A stretch of 64,000 nucleotides of DNA, taken from NCBI GenBank assembly GCA_002269645.1, contig NIVC01001708.1:183843-247842 (forward strand), written 5' to 3'. This document shows positions 35,966 to 60,000 of the stretch, one piece after another (position 1 is the first letter of the stretch; every line of letters starts with the position of its first letter). Both the position numbers and the translations under genes were made by a program. The stretch comes from Macrostomum lignano (taxonomy: Eukaryota). The notes below the pieces were generated by a model. It saw only the letters and a list, made by a program, of their open reading frames with translations. It was not told where the DNA came from and ran no database searches.

Positions 35966-36593
35966 ACAAGAATCGCTAGTCATTGAAAAGAATTAACAAG
36001 TGATTCTGGGACGACTCTTATGACTTTTTAACGACTGTGATGCGATGGAGAGACGACTGTTGAGTCACGAGCGCGTCACGTGAGTTGTAGAATCGTGAAA
36101 AACTCGTTCTGCAATAGTCGTTTTCTATACTAACTCAAGTAGACTAAATGGAGTTGTTATATGATAAATCCAAAATGCGCTTTTAATTCATAAATGACGC
36201 AGATGCTTGGTGATGCTGCAGCGACCCTATAGCACGCCTGAGATTCGACTTTACGGCCCCCAAAGTCGTTATAGAACCGCCCCAGAGTTGGGAGTTGGGT
36301 AAGAGCCGCAGTCAATCAAACGTCTCAAACCGGGCGACTCTTAAACGACTTTTTGACGACTTGTACCGTGACAACTCCTCGTTTTAGAATCGTCTACCGG
36401 TAGAGTCGCTTCTTTCCTATCTTATTTGCGTTACCTGCAACTATTCTGAAATGACTCTCGTGACTCTATGACGCTTTTTGGCCAGCTACGAGCGTAGTTA
36501 CCGTTCTACTCGTACAAGCTACCATTATCACACTCCCGTTCCACCCCAATGCGACCCCTGAACAGCCGCCCCTCGCCCGCGTCGTTCCCGCAG

Positions 36594-39500
36594 AGCAACT
36601 TCAATTTCAACGACCTGCCCAGCAAGCTGGCCCTCCGCGTGTTCAGCTACCTATCGCACAAGGACCTGTGCCTGATCTGCCAGGTGTGCAGCCGTTGGCG
36701 CGAGCTCGCCTACGACACCCGGCTGTGGAAGAATGTCCGCCTACGGCCTGAGTACGGCGGCTTATCCGTGAGCAACGTGAACCAGTTCATCGAGTTGATC
36801 GGCTGCCGCTTCTCAACCGGACTGCGCAGCATCGAGCTGCCGTGCGAGCTGATCATTGTCCCGGTGCTGGAGGAGCTGGCCAGGCAGTGCGTCAACCTGC
36901 GCTGCATGACGCTGGACTTCAGCAAAGCGATGCAGCTGCACGATTACACGGATCTGGTGGATTTCCCCGCGAATTTGGAGAATCTGTGCGTCTGTCTTAG
37001 CGACGTAATTTTCATGGAGGGCCTCATGCGCAAGATTTACCACTGCCTGTCCAGTGTGCAGGTGCTGCATCTGATTGGTGAGGCTGAGCAGTCAGTCTAT
37101 CAACTTGTCAGTCTGTCATGCTGTATCAATCTATCAATTGGTCAGTCTGTCATGCTGTATCAATCTATCAATTGGTCAGTTTGTCATGCTGTATCAATCA
37201 ATCAATTGGTCAGTTTGTCATGCTGTTTCAATCAATCAATTGGTCAGTTTGTCATGCTGTATCAATCAATCAATTGGTCAGTTTGTCATGCTGTATCAAT
37301 CAATCAATTGGTCAGTTTGTCATGCTGTATCAATCAATCAATTATTCAGTTTGTCATGCTGTATCAATCTATCAATTGGTCAGTTTGTCATGCTGTATCA
37401 ATCTATCAATTGGTCAGTTTGTCATGCTGTATCAATCAATCAATTGGTCAGTTTGTCATGCTGTATCAATCTATCAATTATTCAGTTTGTCATGCTGTAT
37501 CAATCAATCAATTGGTCAGTTTGTCATGCTGTATCAATCTATCAATTATTCAGTTTGTCATGCTGTATCAATCAATCAATTGGTCAGTTTGTCATGCTGT
37601 ATCATTCAATCAATTGGTCAGTTTGTCATGCTGTATCAATCTATCAATTGGTCAGTTTGTCATGCTGTATCAATCAATCAATTGGTCAGTTTGTCATGCT
37701 GTATCAATCTATCAATTGGTCAGTTTGTCATGCTGTATCAATCAATCAATTGGTCAGTTTGTCATGCTGTATCTATCAATTGGTCAGTCTGTCATGCTGT
37801 ATCAATCAATCAATTGGTCAGTTTGTCATGCTGTATCAATCTATCAATTGGTCAGTCTGTCATGCTGTATCAATCTATCAATTGGTCAGTCTGTCATGCT
37901 GTATCAATCTATCAATTGGTCAGTTTGTCATGCTGTATCAATCTATCAATTGGTCAGTTTGTCATGTTGTATCAACTCCCCTACCGTACAAAACATCACC
38001 CAGGCACATTCGAGCAGAGCACAGAAGAGGAGGAAGAGATCTACGAGGTGATCAATCTGAGCAAGATCAAGTCCCACACACCCAACCTCCGGGTGGTGAA
38101 CCTCTACGGCGTGATGTTCGTAGACGACACCCACGTGGAGCTGCTGTCCTACAACTGCGTTCATCTGGAGTGCGTCGCGCTCAACTTTTGCATCAAAGTG
38201 ACCGGCGCTTCGCTCAAAGTGCTGCTGGAAAAGTGCAAGAAGATTAAAACTCTGCTGCTGCATCATTGCGGTGAGACTTGGGGCTGGCATTTTGCAAATC
38301 GCCTCAGTGTAGTTGCTGAAACAAGAAAATCCCTTTGATCCATTGTTGGGAATCGCCTCCTCCTCTGATCCACTGTTGGGAATCCCCCCTGATCCACTGT
38401 TTGGAATCCCCCCTGATCCACTGTTGGGAATCCCCCCTGATCCACTGTTGGGAATTCCCCCTGATCCACTGTTGGGAATCCCCCCTGATCCACTGTTGGG
38501 AATCCCCCCTGATCCACTGTTGGGAATTCCCCCTGATCCACTGTTGGGAATCCCCCCTGATCCACTGTTGGGAATCCCCCCCCTGATCCACTGTTGGGAA
38601 TTCCCCCTGATCCACTGTTGGGAATTCCCCCTGATCCACTGTTGGGAATCCCCCCTGATCCACTGTTGGGAATTCCCCCTGATCCACTGTTGGGAATCGC
38701 CCCCCCCCACTGAACCACAGGTAGAAACAAGTAGGAACCCCTTTATCTAAATTACCCTTCAACTAGAAACGAGCAAACATCCATAAACCAGAATCGCCCT
38801 AAACTAGCGGTGAGAATCGCCCTAAACTAGCGGTGAGAATCGCCCTAAACTAGCGGTGAGAATCGCCCTAAACTAGCGGTGAGAATTGCCCTAAACTAGC
38901 GGTGAGAATCGCCCTAAACTAGCGGTGAGAATTGCCCTAAACTAGCAGTGAGAATCGCCCTAAACTAGCGGTGAGAATTGCCCTAAACTAGCAGTGAGAA
39001 TCGCCCTAAACTAGCGGTGAGAATTGCCCTAAACTAGCGGTGAGAATCGCCCTAAACTAGCGGCAAGAATCGCCCTAAACTAGCGGTGAGAATTGCCCTA
39101 AACTAGCGGTGAGAATCGCCCTAAACTAGCGGCAAGAATCGCCCTAAACTAGCGGTGAGAATTGCCCTAAACTAGCAGTGAGAATCGCCCTAAACTAGCG
39201 GTGAGAATTGCCCTAAACTAGCGGTGAGAATTGCCCTAAACTAGCAGTGAGAATCGCCCTAAACTAGCGGTGAGAATTGCCCTAAACTAGCGGTGAGAAT
39301 TGCCCTAAACTAGCGGTGAGAATCGCCCTAAACTAGCGCGGTGAGAATCGCCCTAAACTAGCGGTGAGAATCGCCCACATAAAAGGCATTAAAAGGCATT
39401 TACAACCAGTTTAAAAGCAATATCGAGGCTACTCACTAAACCAGTGCAAACTTGCCAATTGCTCTTTGCCAGACCTGAAAGACGAGCACATGATGGCGGT

Positions 39501-42500
39501 TGACTGGGCCGCCACCCACGTCACTGAGCTGGACATCACCTCAACGGAGCTGTCATCGGCTTGCCTGGACAATGTGCTGGGAAGAATTGTCAGCTTCCAG
39601 TACCTCGCAGTCGGCTATTGCGACTTCTTCACTGACTCGGTCAGCTGTTCTACCGGCTATGGGTATCATAACTCCAACTTCAGCCAATATCGAAGTAGTA
39701 GCAGCTTATGTGCCTGCGGCCCAGGCTCGATTCCAAGTGCAGTCACATTTATTTTGGGGCTAAATTGGAATCCCGGCTTGGCTCTGCTCGAGAAATTAAC
39801 GCAATTGAGGGCCAACCCCTAAGGCACAGTGAAGTGTACATGCCTAACGATTAGAAATTCTAATCATGAATCACTCATGAATCACTCATGAATCACCCGT
39901 GAATCACTCACGCATCACTCATGAATCACTCATGAATCACTCATGAATCACTCATGAATCACTCATAAATAACTCATGAATCACTCATGAATCACTCATG
40001 AATCACTCATGAATCACTCATGAATCACTCATGCATCACTCATGAATCACTCATGAATCACTCATGAATCACTCATAAATAACTCATGAATCACTCATGA
40101 ATCACTCATGAATCACTCATGAATCACCCGTGAATCACTCATGCATCACTCATGAATCACTCATGAATCACTCATGAATCAGTCATGAATCACTCATGAA
40201 TCACTCATGAATCACTCATGAATCACTCATGAATCACCCGTGAATCACTCATGAATCACTCATGAATCACTCATGAATCACTCATAAATCACCCGTGAAT
40301 CACTCATGAATCACTCATGAATCACTCATGAATCACTCATGAATCACTCATGAATCACCCGTGAATCACTCATGAATCACTCATGAATCACTCATGAATC
40401 ACTCATGAATCACTCATGAATCACCCGTGAATCACTCATGAATCACTCATGAATCACTCATGAATCACCCGTGAATCACTCATGAATCACTCATGAATCA
40501 CTCATGAATCACTCATGAATCACCCGTGAATCACTCATGAATCACTCATGAATCACTCATGAATCACCCGTGAATCACTCATGAATCACTCATGAATCAC
40601 TCATGAATCACTCATGAATCACCCGTGAATCACTCATGCATCACTCATGAATCAGTCATGAATCAGTCATGAATCACCCGTGAATCACTCATGAATCACT
40701 CATGAATCAGTCATGAATCAGTCATGAATCAGTCATGAATCACTCATGAATCACCCGTGAATCACTCATGCATCACTCATGAATCAGTCATGAATCAGTC
40801 ATGAATCAGTCATGAATCACTCATGAATCACCCGTGAATCACTCATGCATCACTCATGAATCAGTCATGAATCAGTCATGAATCAGTCATGAATCAGTCA
40901 TGAATCAGTCATGAATCACTCATGAATCACCCGTGAATCACTCATGCATCACTCATGAATCAGTCATGAATCAGTCATGAATCAGTCATGAATCACTCAT
41001 GAATCACCCGTGAATCACTCATGCATCACTCATGAATCAGTCATGAATCAGTCATGAATCAGTCATGAATCAGTCATGAATCACTCATGAATCACCCGTG
41101 AATCACTCATGCATCACTCATGAATCAGTCATGAATCAGTCATGAATCAGTCATGAATCAGTCATGAATCACTCATGAATCACCCGTGAATCACTCATGC
41201 ATCACTCATGAATCAGTCATGAATCAGTCATGAATCAGTCATGAATCAGTCATGAATCAGTCATGAATCACTCATGAATCACTCATGAATCACCCGTGAA
41301 TCACTCATGCATCACTCATGAATCAGTCATGAATCAGTCATGAATCAGTCATCCATCAGTCATGCATCACTCATGAATCACTCATGCATCACTCCTGAAT
41401 CACTCATGAATCACTCCTGAATCACTCCTGAATCACTCCTGAATCGCTCGTAAATCGCTCATAAATTGCTCATGATTCATACATCATGACTGACCAATAA
41501 CCCCAACCATTCTCCTCTTGGCAACAATCAGATTCTGGACCGGCTGATGCAGAAGGGCAGTTTCCGCGAGCTCCGGGCCATAGACATCAGCTACACGGCC
41601 AGCCTGAGCGAGGCAGCCATCGGGAGATTCCTCCGCAGGTGCGGCCCGCAGCTCAGCGGCCTCATGCTGCACGGCAAGCCGCTGCTCAATGAGTTCTTCT
41701 GGACGGCCAACATACCGCTGCTGAGAAACCTGCAGTGAGACTCCTAACTCTCCGCACCTGAGAATCACCTGCCAATCCCTCCGAATCGCCTCTCCGCTCC
41801 TGAAGATCGTCTCTCAACCCATGAGAATCGCCTCTCCACCCATGAGAATCGCCTCTCCACCCTTGAGAAACGCCTTTCGGCCCCTGAGAATCGCCTTTCC
41901 GCCCTTGAGAATCGCCTCTCCGCCCCTGAGAATCGCCTTTCCGCCCTTGAGAATCGCCTCTCCACCCATGAGAATCGCCTCTCCGCCCTTGAGAATCGCC
42001 TTTCCGCTTAATAATCTTCTCTCCGCCCCTGAGAATCGCCTTTCCGCCCTTGAGAATCTCCTCTTCGCCCCTGAGAATCGCCTCTCCGCCCCTGAGAATC
42101 GCCTCTTCGCCCCTGAGAATCGCCTCTCCGCCCTTGAGAATCGCCTCTCCGCCCCTGAGAATCGCCTCTCCGCCCCTGAGAATCTCCTCTTCGCCCCTGA
42201 GAATCGCCTCTCCGCCCCTGAGAATCGCCTCTCCACTCTTGAGAATCGCCTCTCCACCCTTGAGAATCGCCTCTCCACCCTTGAGAATCGCCTCTCCACC
42301 CTTGAGAATCGCCTCTTCACCCTTGAGAATTGCCTCTTAACTCTCAGCCCTTGAGATCGCTCTTGAAAATCGTTTAGCGTCAATAATCGCTTTGTTCAAT
42401 ACAATTAAGTCGCAAAATATTTAGCACCTGCCTCTACCCCGCAGAATCTGCACTTTAGGCCAGCGCGACGGCTGGTACTTCGAGCTCAACACGAAGGTGC

Positions 42501-43221
42501 ACATTGACCAGGTCATTAACGCCTTTGCTAGCAACTGCCAGAAGCTCGAGAGGCTCGAGATCCAATGGGACGTGACAACGATTAGATTCAGCCATAAGAG
42601 CGGAAAGTTTATCGACGATATTCGGTGAGTCATCATCCTGAAAGTCAGGGTGGGTATCCCAACGACCCGTTCAAGGTCATAAAAAGGGATTCCACACCGA
42701 CCCGTTCAAGGTCAAAGAAGGCGATATTCCTCCACCGACCCGTTTAAGGTCATGGAGAGATTCTCTACTGTTCCGTTCAAGGTCAAAGAAGGCGGGATTT
42801 CCCCACCGACCCGTTCAAGGTCATAGAAGGCAGGATTCCCTCACCGATCCGTTCAAGGTCAAAGAAGGCGGGATTCCCCCACCGACCCGTTCAAGGTCAA
42901 AGAAGGCGGGATTCCCCCACCAACCCCTAACTTCAAGGTCAGAGAAGGCAGGATTCCCTCACTGACCCGTTCAAGGTCAAAGAAGGTGGGATTCCCTCAC
43001 CGACGCTTTCTCACTTCAAGGCCAAGGTCTCTCTCTCTCTAAATTCCAGAAGCAAATGCCCGCTGCTTAAGTCGCTGACTCTGGCCGACTGCGAGTACTA
43101 TGAAATGGCCAATTCGAACTTCGAACGGGCGCACCGCTACAGGGTGGTGCGGACGTTTAGCCGCTACGCCACGAGCATTACGGAGCTGCTAAGCTGCTAC
43201 AGAAACCTGCTGTTCAACTGA
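36594..43221 (+). CDS. F-box/leucine-rich repeat protein; exons 36594-37077, 38004-38270, 39473-39639, 41532-41734, 42445-42624, 43050-43221
   Basis: F-box (LPSKLALRVFSYLSHKDLCLICQVCSRWRELAYDTRLWK) followed by LRR-like repeats; all five introns are GT-AG and phase-compatible; spliced length 1473 nt ending in TGA. Confidence 0.92.
37090..37975. repeat. 34-bp intronic minisatellite GTCAGTTTGTCATGCTGTATCAATCAATCAATTG
   Basis: Directly visible. Confidence 0.96.
38335..38705. repeat. 24-bp intronic minisatellite GGGAATCCCCCCTGATCCACTGTT
   Basis: Directly visible. Confidence 0.96.
38790..39378. repeat. 23-bp intronic minisatellite GAGAATCGCCCTAAACTAGCGGT
   Basis: Directly visible. Confidence 0.97.
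39865..41490. repeat. 11-bp intronic minisatellite ATCACTCATGA with ATCACCCGTGA/ATCAGTCATGA variants and higher-order structure
   Basis: Directly visible. Confidence 0.97.
41770..42360. repeat. 21-bp intronic minisatellite GAGAATCGCCTCTCCGCCCCT
   Basis: Directly visible. Confidence 0.96.
42655..43020. repeat. About 38-bp intronic minisatellite ACCGACCCGTTCAAGGTCAAAGAAGGCGGGATTCCCCC
   Basis: Directly visible. Confidence 0.9.
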
Positions 43222-43344
43222 TGCCCCGCAGATAATAACACTAGAAGGACTTAAGTTTTAAGGTTAAATAGCGCTTATGTTGTGAAATCTAAACCTGTTA
43301 TACGGTACAATAGAATCTCAACTTTATGACTTCATCCTGAGGTT

Positions 43345-43870
43345 CGAATCTCATAGGTCTTCATTCTGGGGTAGAATCTCACCCATGAGACTCCAATCTC
43401 AGGTATAATCTCACCCATGAGACCCCATTCTGAGGTAGAATCTCACCCAAGAGACCCCATTCTGAGGTAGAATCTCACCCAAGAGACTCCTACCTGTATA
43501 AGAATCTCACCCATGAGACACAAAGCTGAGGTAGAATCTCACACACGAGCCCCAATCTGAGGTAGAATCTCACCCCTGAGACTCAAAGCTGAGGTAGAAT
43601 CTCACCCACGAGCCCCAATCTGAGGTAGAATCTCACCCCTGAGACTCAAAGCTGAGGTAGAATCTCACCCATGAGACCCCATTCTGAGGTAGAATCTCAC
43701 CTATGAGGCACAATTCTAAGGTAGAATCTCACCCCTGAGACTCAAAGCTGAGGTAGAATCTCAACCATAAGACTCCTATCAAATATACGATGTCACACCT
43801 CACCTATGAGATTGGAATGGGAGATATGAACTCATCTCAGCCATGTCAATTTTTGAGGTAGAATCTCACT
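43345..43870. repeat. About 32-bp minisatellite CTGAGGTAGAATCTCACCCATGAGAC... downstream of the FBXL stop
   Basis: Directly visible. Confidence 0.92.
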
Positions 43871-45124
43871 ACAATCCTCTAATTAAATTATATTTTAATA
43901 ACAGACCATAAAGATCCACCAGTCGCTTTTGCATGCCAAATCTTTGCTTGAATTGACAACAGACTTATCCTAGCGGCACTTAAATTGTTTATTTCTACTC
44001 ATCTCACTCACTACTTGCAGTAGAAGTATTAAAATTTTATATTTAACAAGAATTTCAAGTAATTCTGTCAAACAAGTGCAATTATATTCGCAAATAAATA
44101 GGCACACATTAAAATTGCTTTGTTGCTTTCAAGCGATCCAGACCCAGGATATTAAAACTAAGTCAAAGACTTTCTTTTCAGGCCCACAGCGCTATGCAAA
44201 GGCCTCACAGCACGACCAGAATTATTTAGTTTATTTATTTATTTATGGTTTTTTTTGTTCTGATCACAGATACTAGAACAGCCAGATAGGCCACTCAGCT
44301 CATTTGCGTGTAAGCTACTTTCAGTTCAGTAGTAAGTTAAACAGAAGCATTTTACTGTATTTTTAAAGCCAAGGCTCATTTATTGGCTCTTTTACACCCC
44401 ATTCATTTATTACCCTCCAGCTTAAACCCTCCAACCGCACCTCTCCACACTACCCCCCGCCCCGCCCCAATTTTTATTGCCACTCCCTCTCTTTCTCTCT
44501 GAATTCCAGCCTAAAGCTGCCATGTACATTTCAGTGGACTGGCTAATGTACATTATTGCTGAACCAATTAGCAAGCTGTTTACGCCTGCAAGCTTGGGCT
44601 TCTAAACTTATCAAAGTCATTTCAGCTGCCTTTATTTTTATAGAATAGCTTATGATTCTTCTTTGCTACTGAACTGAAGTAGAAAGCTGTTTTACTAAGT
44701 ATATATGCCTGAGTGGCTTATCTAGTTATTTTATTAGTATCTGTGGTTCTGATCAAAAGACAGCAGTACAGGCAGACTGTCAGGCAATTACTACTGCATC
44801 GGGAATTCTGGAGACTTTTTTGAAGCGTTTAAAGCAGCGAAAGGAGCGGAAATCAAGCCAGTTAAAAATGTCTCAGTGCTCAATCTCAATTGGAATATGC
44901 TTAGGCATTTGATGATTCGAAGACAGCAAAAAAACGGAAATGACACTTGATGAAACGATGCGCACTGTTTTGGCTTTTGGACGATTTTTACAGCTAAATT
45001 TTGAGTGCACAGATGGCTTTCTCCCTCCCGTCAGAGTCAGAGTTACAGTCGCTGGATTGAGCAGCCAGTTAGCTCAAATATGTTGCTATCCAGATTCTTT
45101 TGATCTGGCAACTGCTGGAGCAGG

Positions 45125-56899
<11,775 letters not shown>

Positions 56900-58289
56900 G
56901 CTGGGGAGTCGGTTCTCAAGCACGGTGCCTTCCGGAGTTTTGCGCTCAACCCCTTAGCTTACGGATTAGCGGGCAGAGAAAGTTGCGAAGTTAGAGAAGC
57001 GAGAGGCCGCCGCGCCGCTGCTTTATCCCGGATGCGCTGCCTCCAGAAACCAGAGCCAGCCAATGACAGCGTCGTGTTGAGGGAATTGTAAGGCCCGTGC
57101 AGTCTTTGTGGCTCCTGCTGGGCAAGGCAAGTTCGGCCTCTGAGGTCTGTCCGTCCCGCCGCTTGAGGCGCCGCTTGCAACAAGTTGAGAGCTGACTGGC
57201 TGGCTGGCTGGGACGCGAGGAAATGGGAAGAGAATTGAGCTGGCGGCACAAGCGGCTGAGCCAAGGAGTCTTAGAACCAGGGCAGGAGTCTGGAGTGACT
57301 TCTCTTCCAGTCAGTTTAAATGCAGTCTATCAGTTTACACACAAAAAATTGAAATCTTCCAAACTATAAGCGTCGCAAGGTTGTTTTGACACCGATTCCC
57401 AGTTTCACGAAAATACACATAGAGAGTAAAAACACGACGCCTGGCTTCAGGTGTCTTGAGTTGCCAGCCCAGCCCTCTGGCTCTGGCACTCCTTGCCCCG
57501 GACTGAGAGGGCAGGGTAGAGAAACTCAGTTCCGCCCTGAACACAGGGAGGCAGTGCAGGGCCTGGGGAAGCGGGCTGGGCTGGAGTTGAGGAGAACACT
57601 AACCAACAAGTCCCGAAGCAGTTCTAAGGGATTAACTTGGAGCTGGCAGGGGAGGGCGGGCAAAAAAGAATTGGAAATTTGTTGGAAGTTAAACTGCACA
57701 AGCTGCCTGCATGACAGGTGAATTGTAGCGCCCCGATCGGCTTAGCAGATAGAGAGTGGGGAAAGAATAGAGAGATAGCTACAGAAACAGGCGGTGGAGT
57801 GGCGCAACTCGCAGGGGATCATGCAGTTGCTGTCAGATCGATATTATATGCCTGACAGCCGCTCGTGACTGCAGACTCGAGAGCGATCTGGCAGCGCCTG
57901 TATAGTTTTTCCGTTCAAGAGTATTTTTAAATTGAATTCGCGTTATCATGGCATTGCATGCAGCTACAATGCGACTCCGATCATTTTTACTGGCACAAAT
58001 AAAATGGAAGCGTTGATCGTCCATCTATTGTTTCAATATAAAGAAGTCAATAATGGACCACACGGCAATTCAAAATTTCAAACAGCGCAACAATATGACA
58101 GCCTTTGACTCTGACAAGTTCTCATTCTCAAAATTCCTCTTCCAGCCTTTGTCCGAAGCTTCTTTTTCTCTGTAACCTTGCTTTGGCATCGTTGGGATAG
58201 CTCTAGCTCTTATACTGTATTTCGCAAATATTGAGTTTTAATAAATTCCAGGTGTTCAAGGTTTTTACCGTACAGAGCATGAGCACCCT

Positions 58290-58291
58290 GC

Positions 58292-58344
<53 letters not shown>

Positions 58345-58495
58345 CACAGACAGACACACACACACACACACACAGACAGACACACACACAGACACACAGA
58401 CACGCACACAGACACACAGACAGACAGACAGACAGACAGACACACACACACACACACACACACAGACACACAGACACGCACACAGACACACTGAC
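58290..58495. repeat. Compound (CAGA)n/(CA)n microsatellite
   Basis: Directly visible. Confidence 0.96.
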
Positions 58496-59559
58496 AGCGG
58501 ATAATTTGAGAGTAAATGACCAACGCAGCAAAGGCAGCAGCAAATTGAATACTCAATCAAATTCTAACAGCGATCAGAGGTCGGTATAAGAAAATCTACG
58601 AACGCAATCAATCAAATCGAACTAAGGACCGCGCCGCTGGCTACAAAGAAAGATTATTATATTTTTATTTTATTCAGACCAAACAATATCATTCCAAATA
58701 AGAGCTACAGCTAGCAAGCGGGGGGGGGGAGAGCCGGGGTGACACTGCAGAACGCGCACTGCAGACTCAATTTGGTACAAAGCTAATGAATAGGGAAAAG
58801 TGCGCTAAATGAATGACTTATTAATGGGTTAATGGCGTACACTCTGAAAAATTCAAATTATCAATCAATCAAGCAAAACTATCAATCTATCAACAGAATA
58901 AAAGATAAAAAAAGCCAACTTCGCGCCAGAAACACTCGGCCTGCACTGCAAAACAGATAAATTTATCAACTTATGCGCAAACACACTACTAACAAAAAAT
59001 AAAGTGGCAAGTAGTGCGTCAGCAAACAGGCATTAGAAATTTCAATAATAATAAGTCTATCTAGCATTTCAACGGTCGAGCGAAAATAATGATAAAGAGG
59101 GATCATACTTTTGGTAGCAAAAATCGTGTTAGTAAAGAATGGGGGGAGCGTTTAAAGAGCAATCAAAGTTTGACAGTTATGCGCGGGCAGGCTTCAACTA
59201 TAATTGATTAAGATCTATAGAAAATCTAAAGAAAAAACAATAGAAAAAAAGATTCACTAAACTAAAGTGCATCATCTATTTTGTTGGCGGAATTGTAAAA
59301 CTAGAAAGAGTCAATAGATCTTAACTAAATCGGTAGGCGCCAACTGTCAATTGTCAACTAACTAAACAGCGCTAATGCCAGTTGGTTCGCAAATTTAAAA
59401 ATAGAACTAAATAAACAACACGTGAGCAAAATATTATTCCATCCACAAATATTTAACCAATGCCGAATCAGTGATGTTAGCACAAACATTTAACCGAAAC
59501 AAGAAACCATTGCTATGTGTATCCAAAGTAAACAATCGTGTTTCTAAGCGTACACGTAA

Positions 59560-59900
59560 AACTTCCCGTTGCTAAGCGTATCCAAGGCAAAACTTTCCGT
59601 TGCTAAGCGTATCCAAGGTAAGAATTTCCGTTGCTAAGCGTATCCAAGGAAAAACTTTCCGTTGCTAAGCGTATCCAAGGTAAGACTTTCCGTTGCTAAG
59701 CGTATCCAAGGTAAGACTTTCCGTTGCTAAGCGTATCCAAGGTAAAACTTTCCGTTGCTAAGCGTATCCAAGGTAAAAATTCCCGTTGCTAAGCGTATCC
59801 AAGGTAAAACTTCCCGTTGCTAAGCGTATCCAAGGTAAAATTTCCCGTTGCTAAGCGTCTCTAAGGTAAAACTTCCGTTGCTAAGCGTCTCTAAGGTCCC
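59560..59900. repeat. 31-bp minisatellite TTCCGTTGCTAAGCGTATCCAAGGTAAGACT downstream of the glycogen synthase stop
   Basis: Directly visible. Confidence 0.95.
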
Positions 59901-60000
59901 GTTGCAAATTTCAAACCAAGCAAAAAGATCCATGATTTATAAAAAACCGCCCTCTCTCTTTGAGTACTCCACAGAAGTCCTGCTCGCCGCTCAGCTCAGC

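Noticed and set aside
36000-36520. GACTC/ACGAC-rich segment as a MITE or Helitron end
   Set aside because: No TIR, TSD or CTRR terminus with hairpin could be defined.
29930-43870. CRISPR-like arrays
   Set aside because: Units are head-to-tail with no unique spacers, no cas genes are present, and the context is eukaryotic introns.
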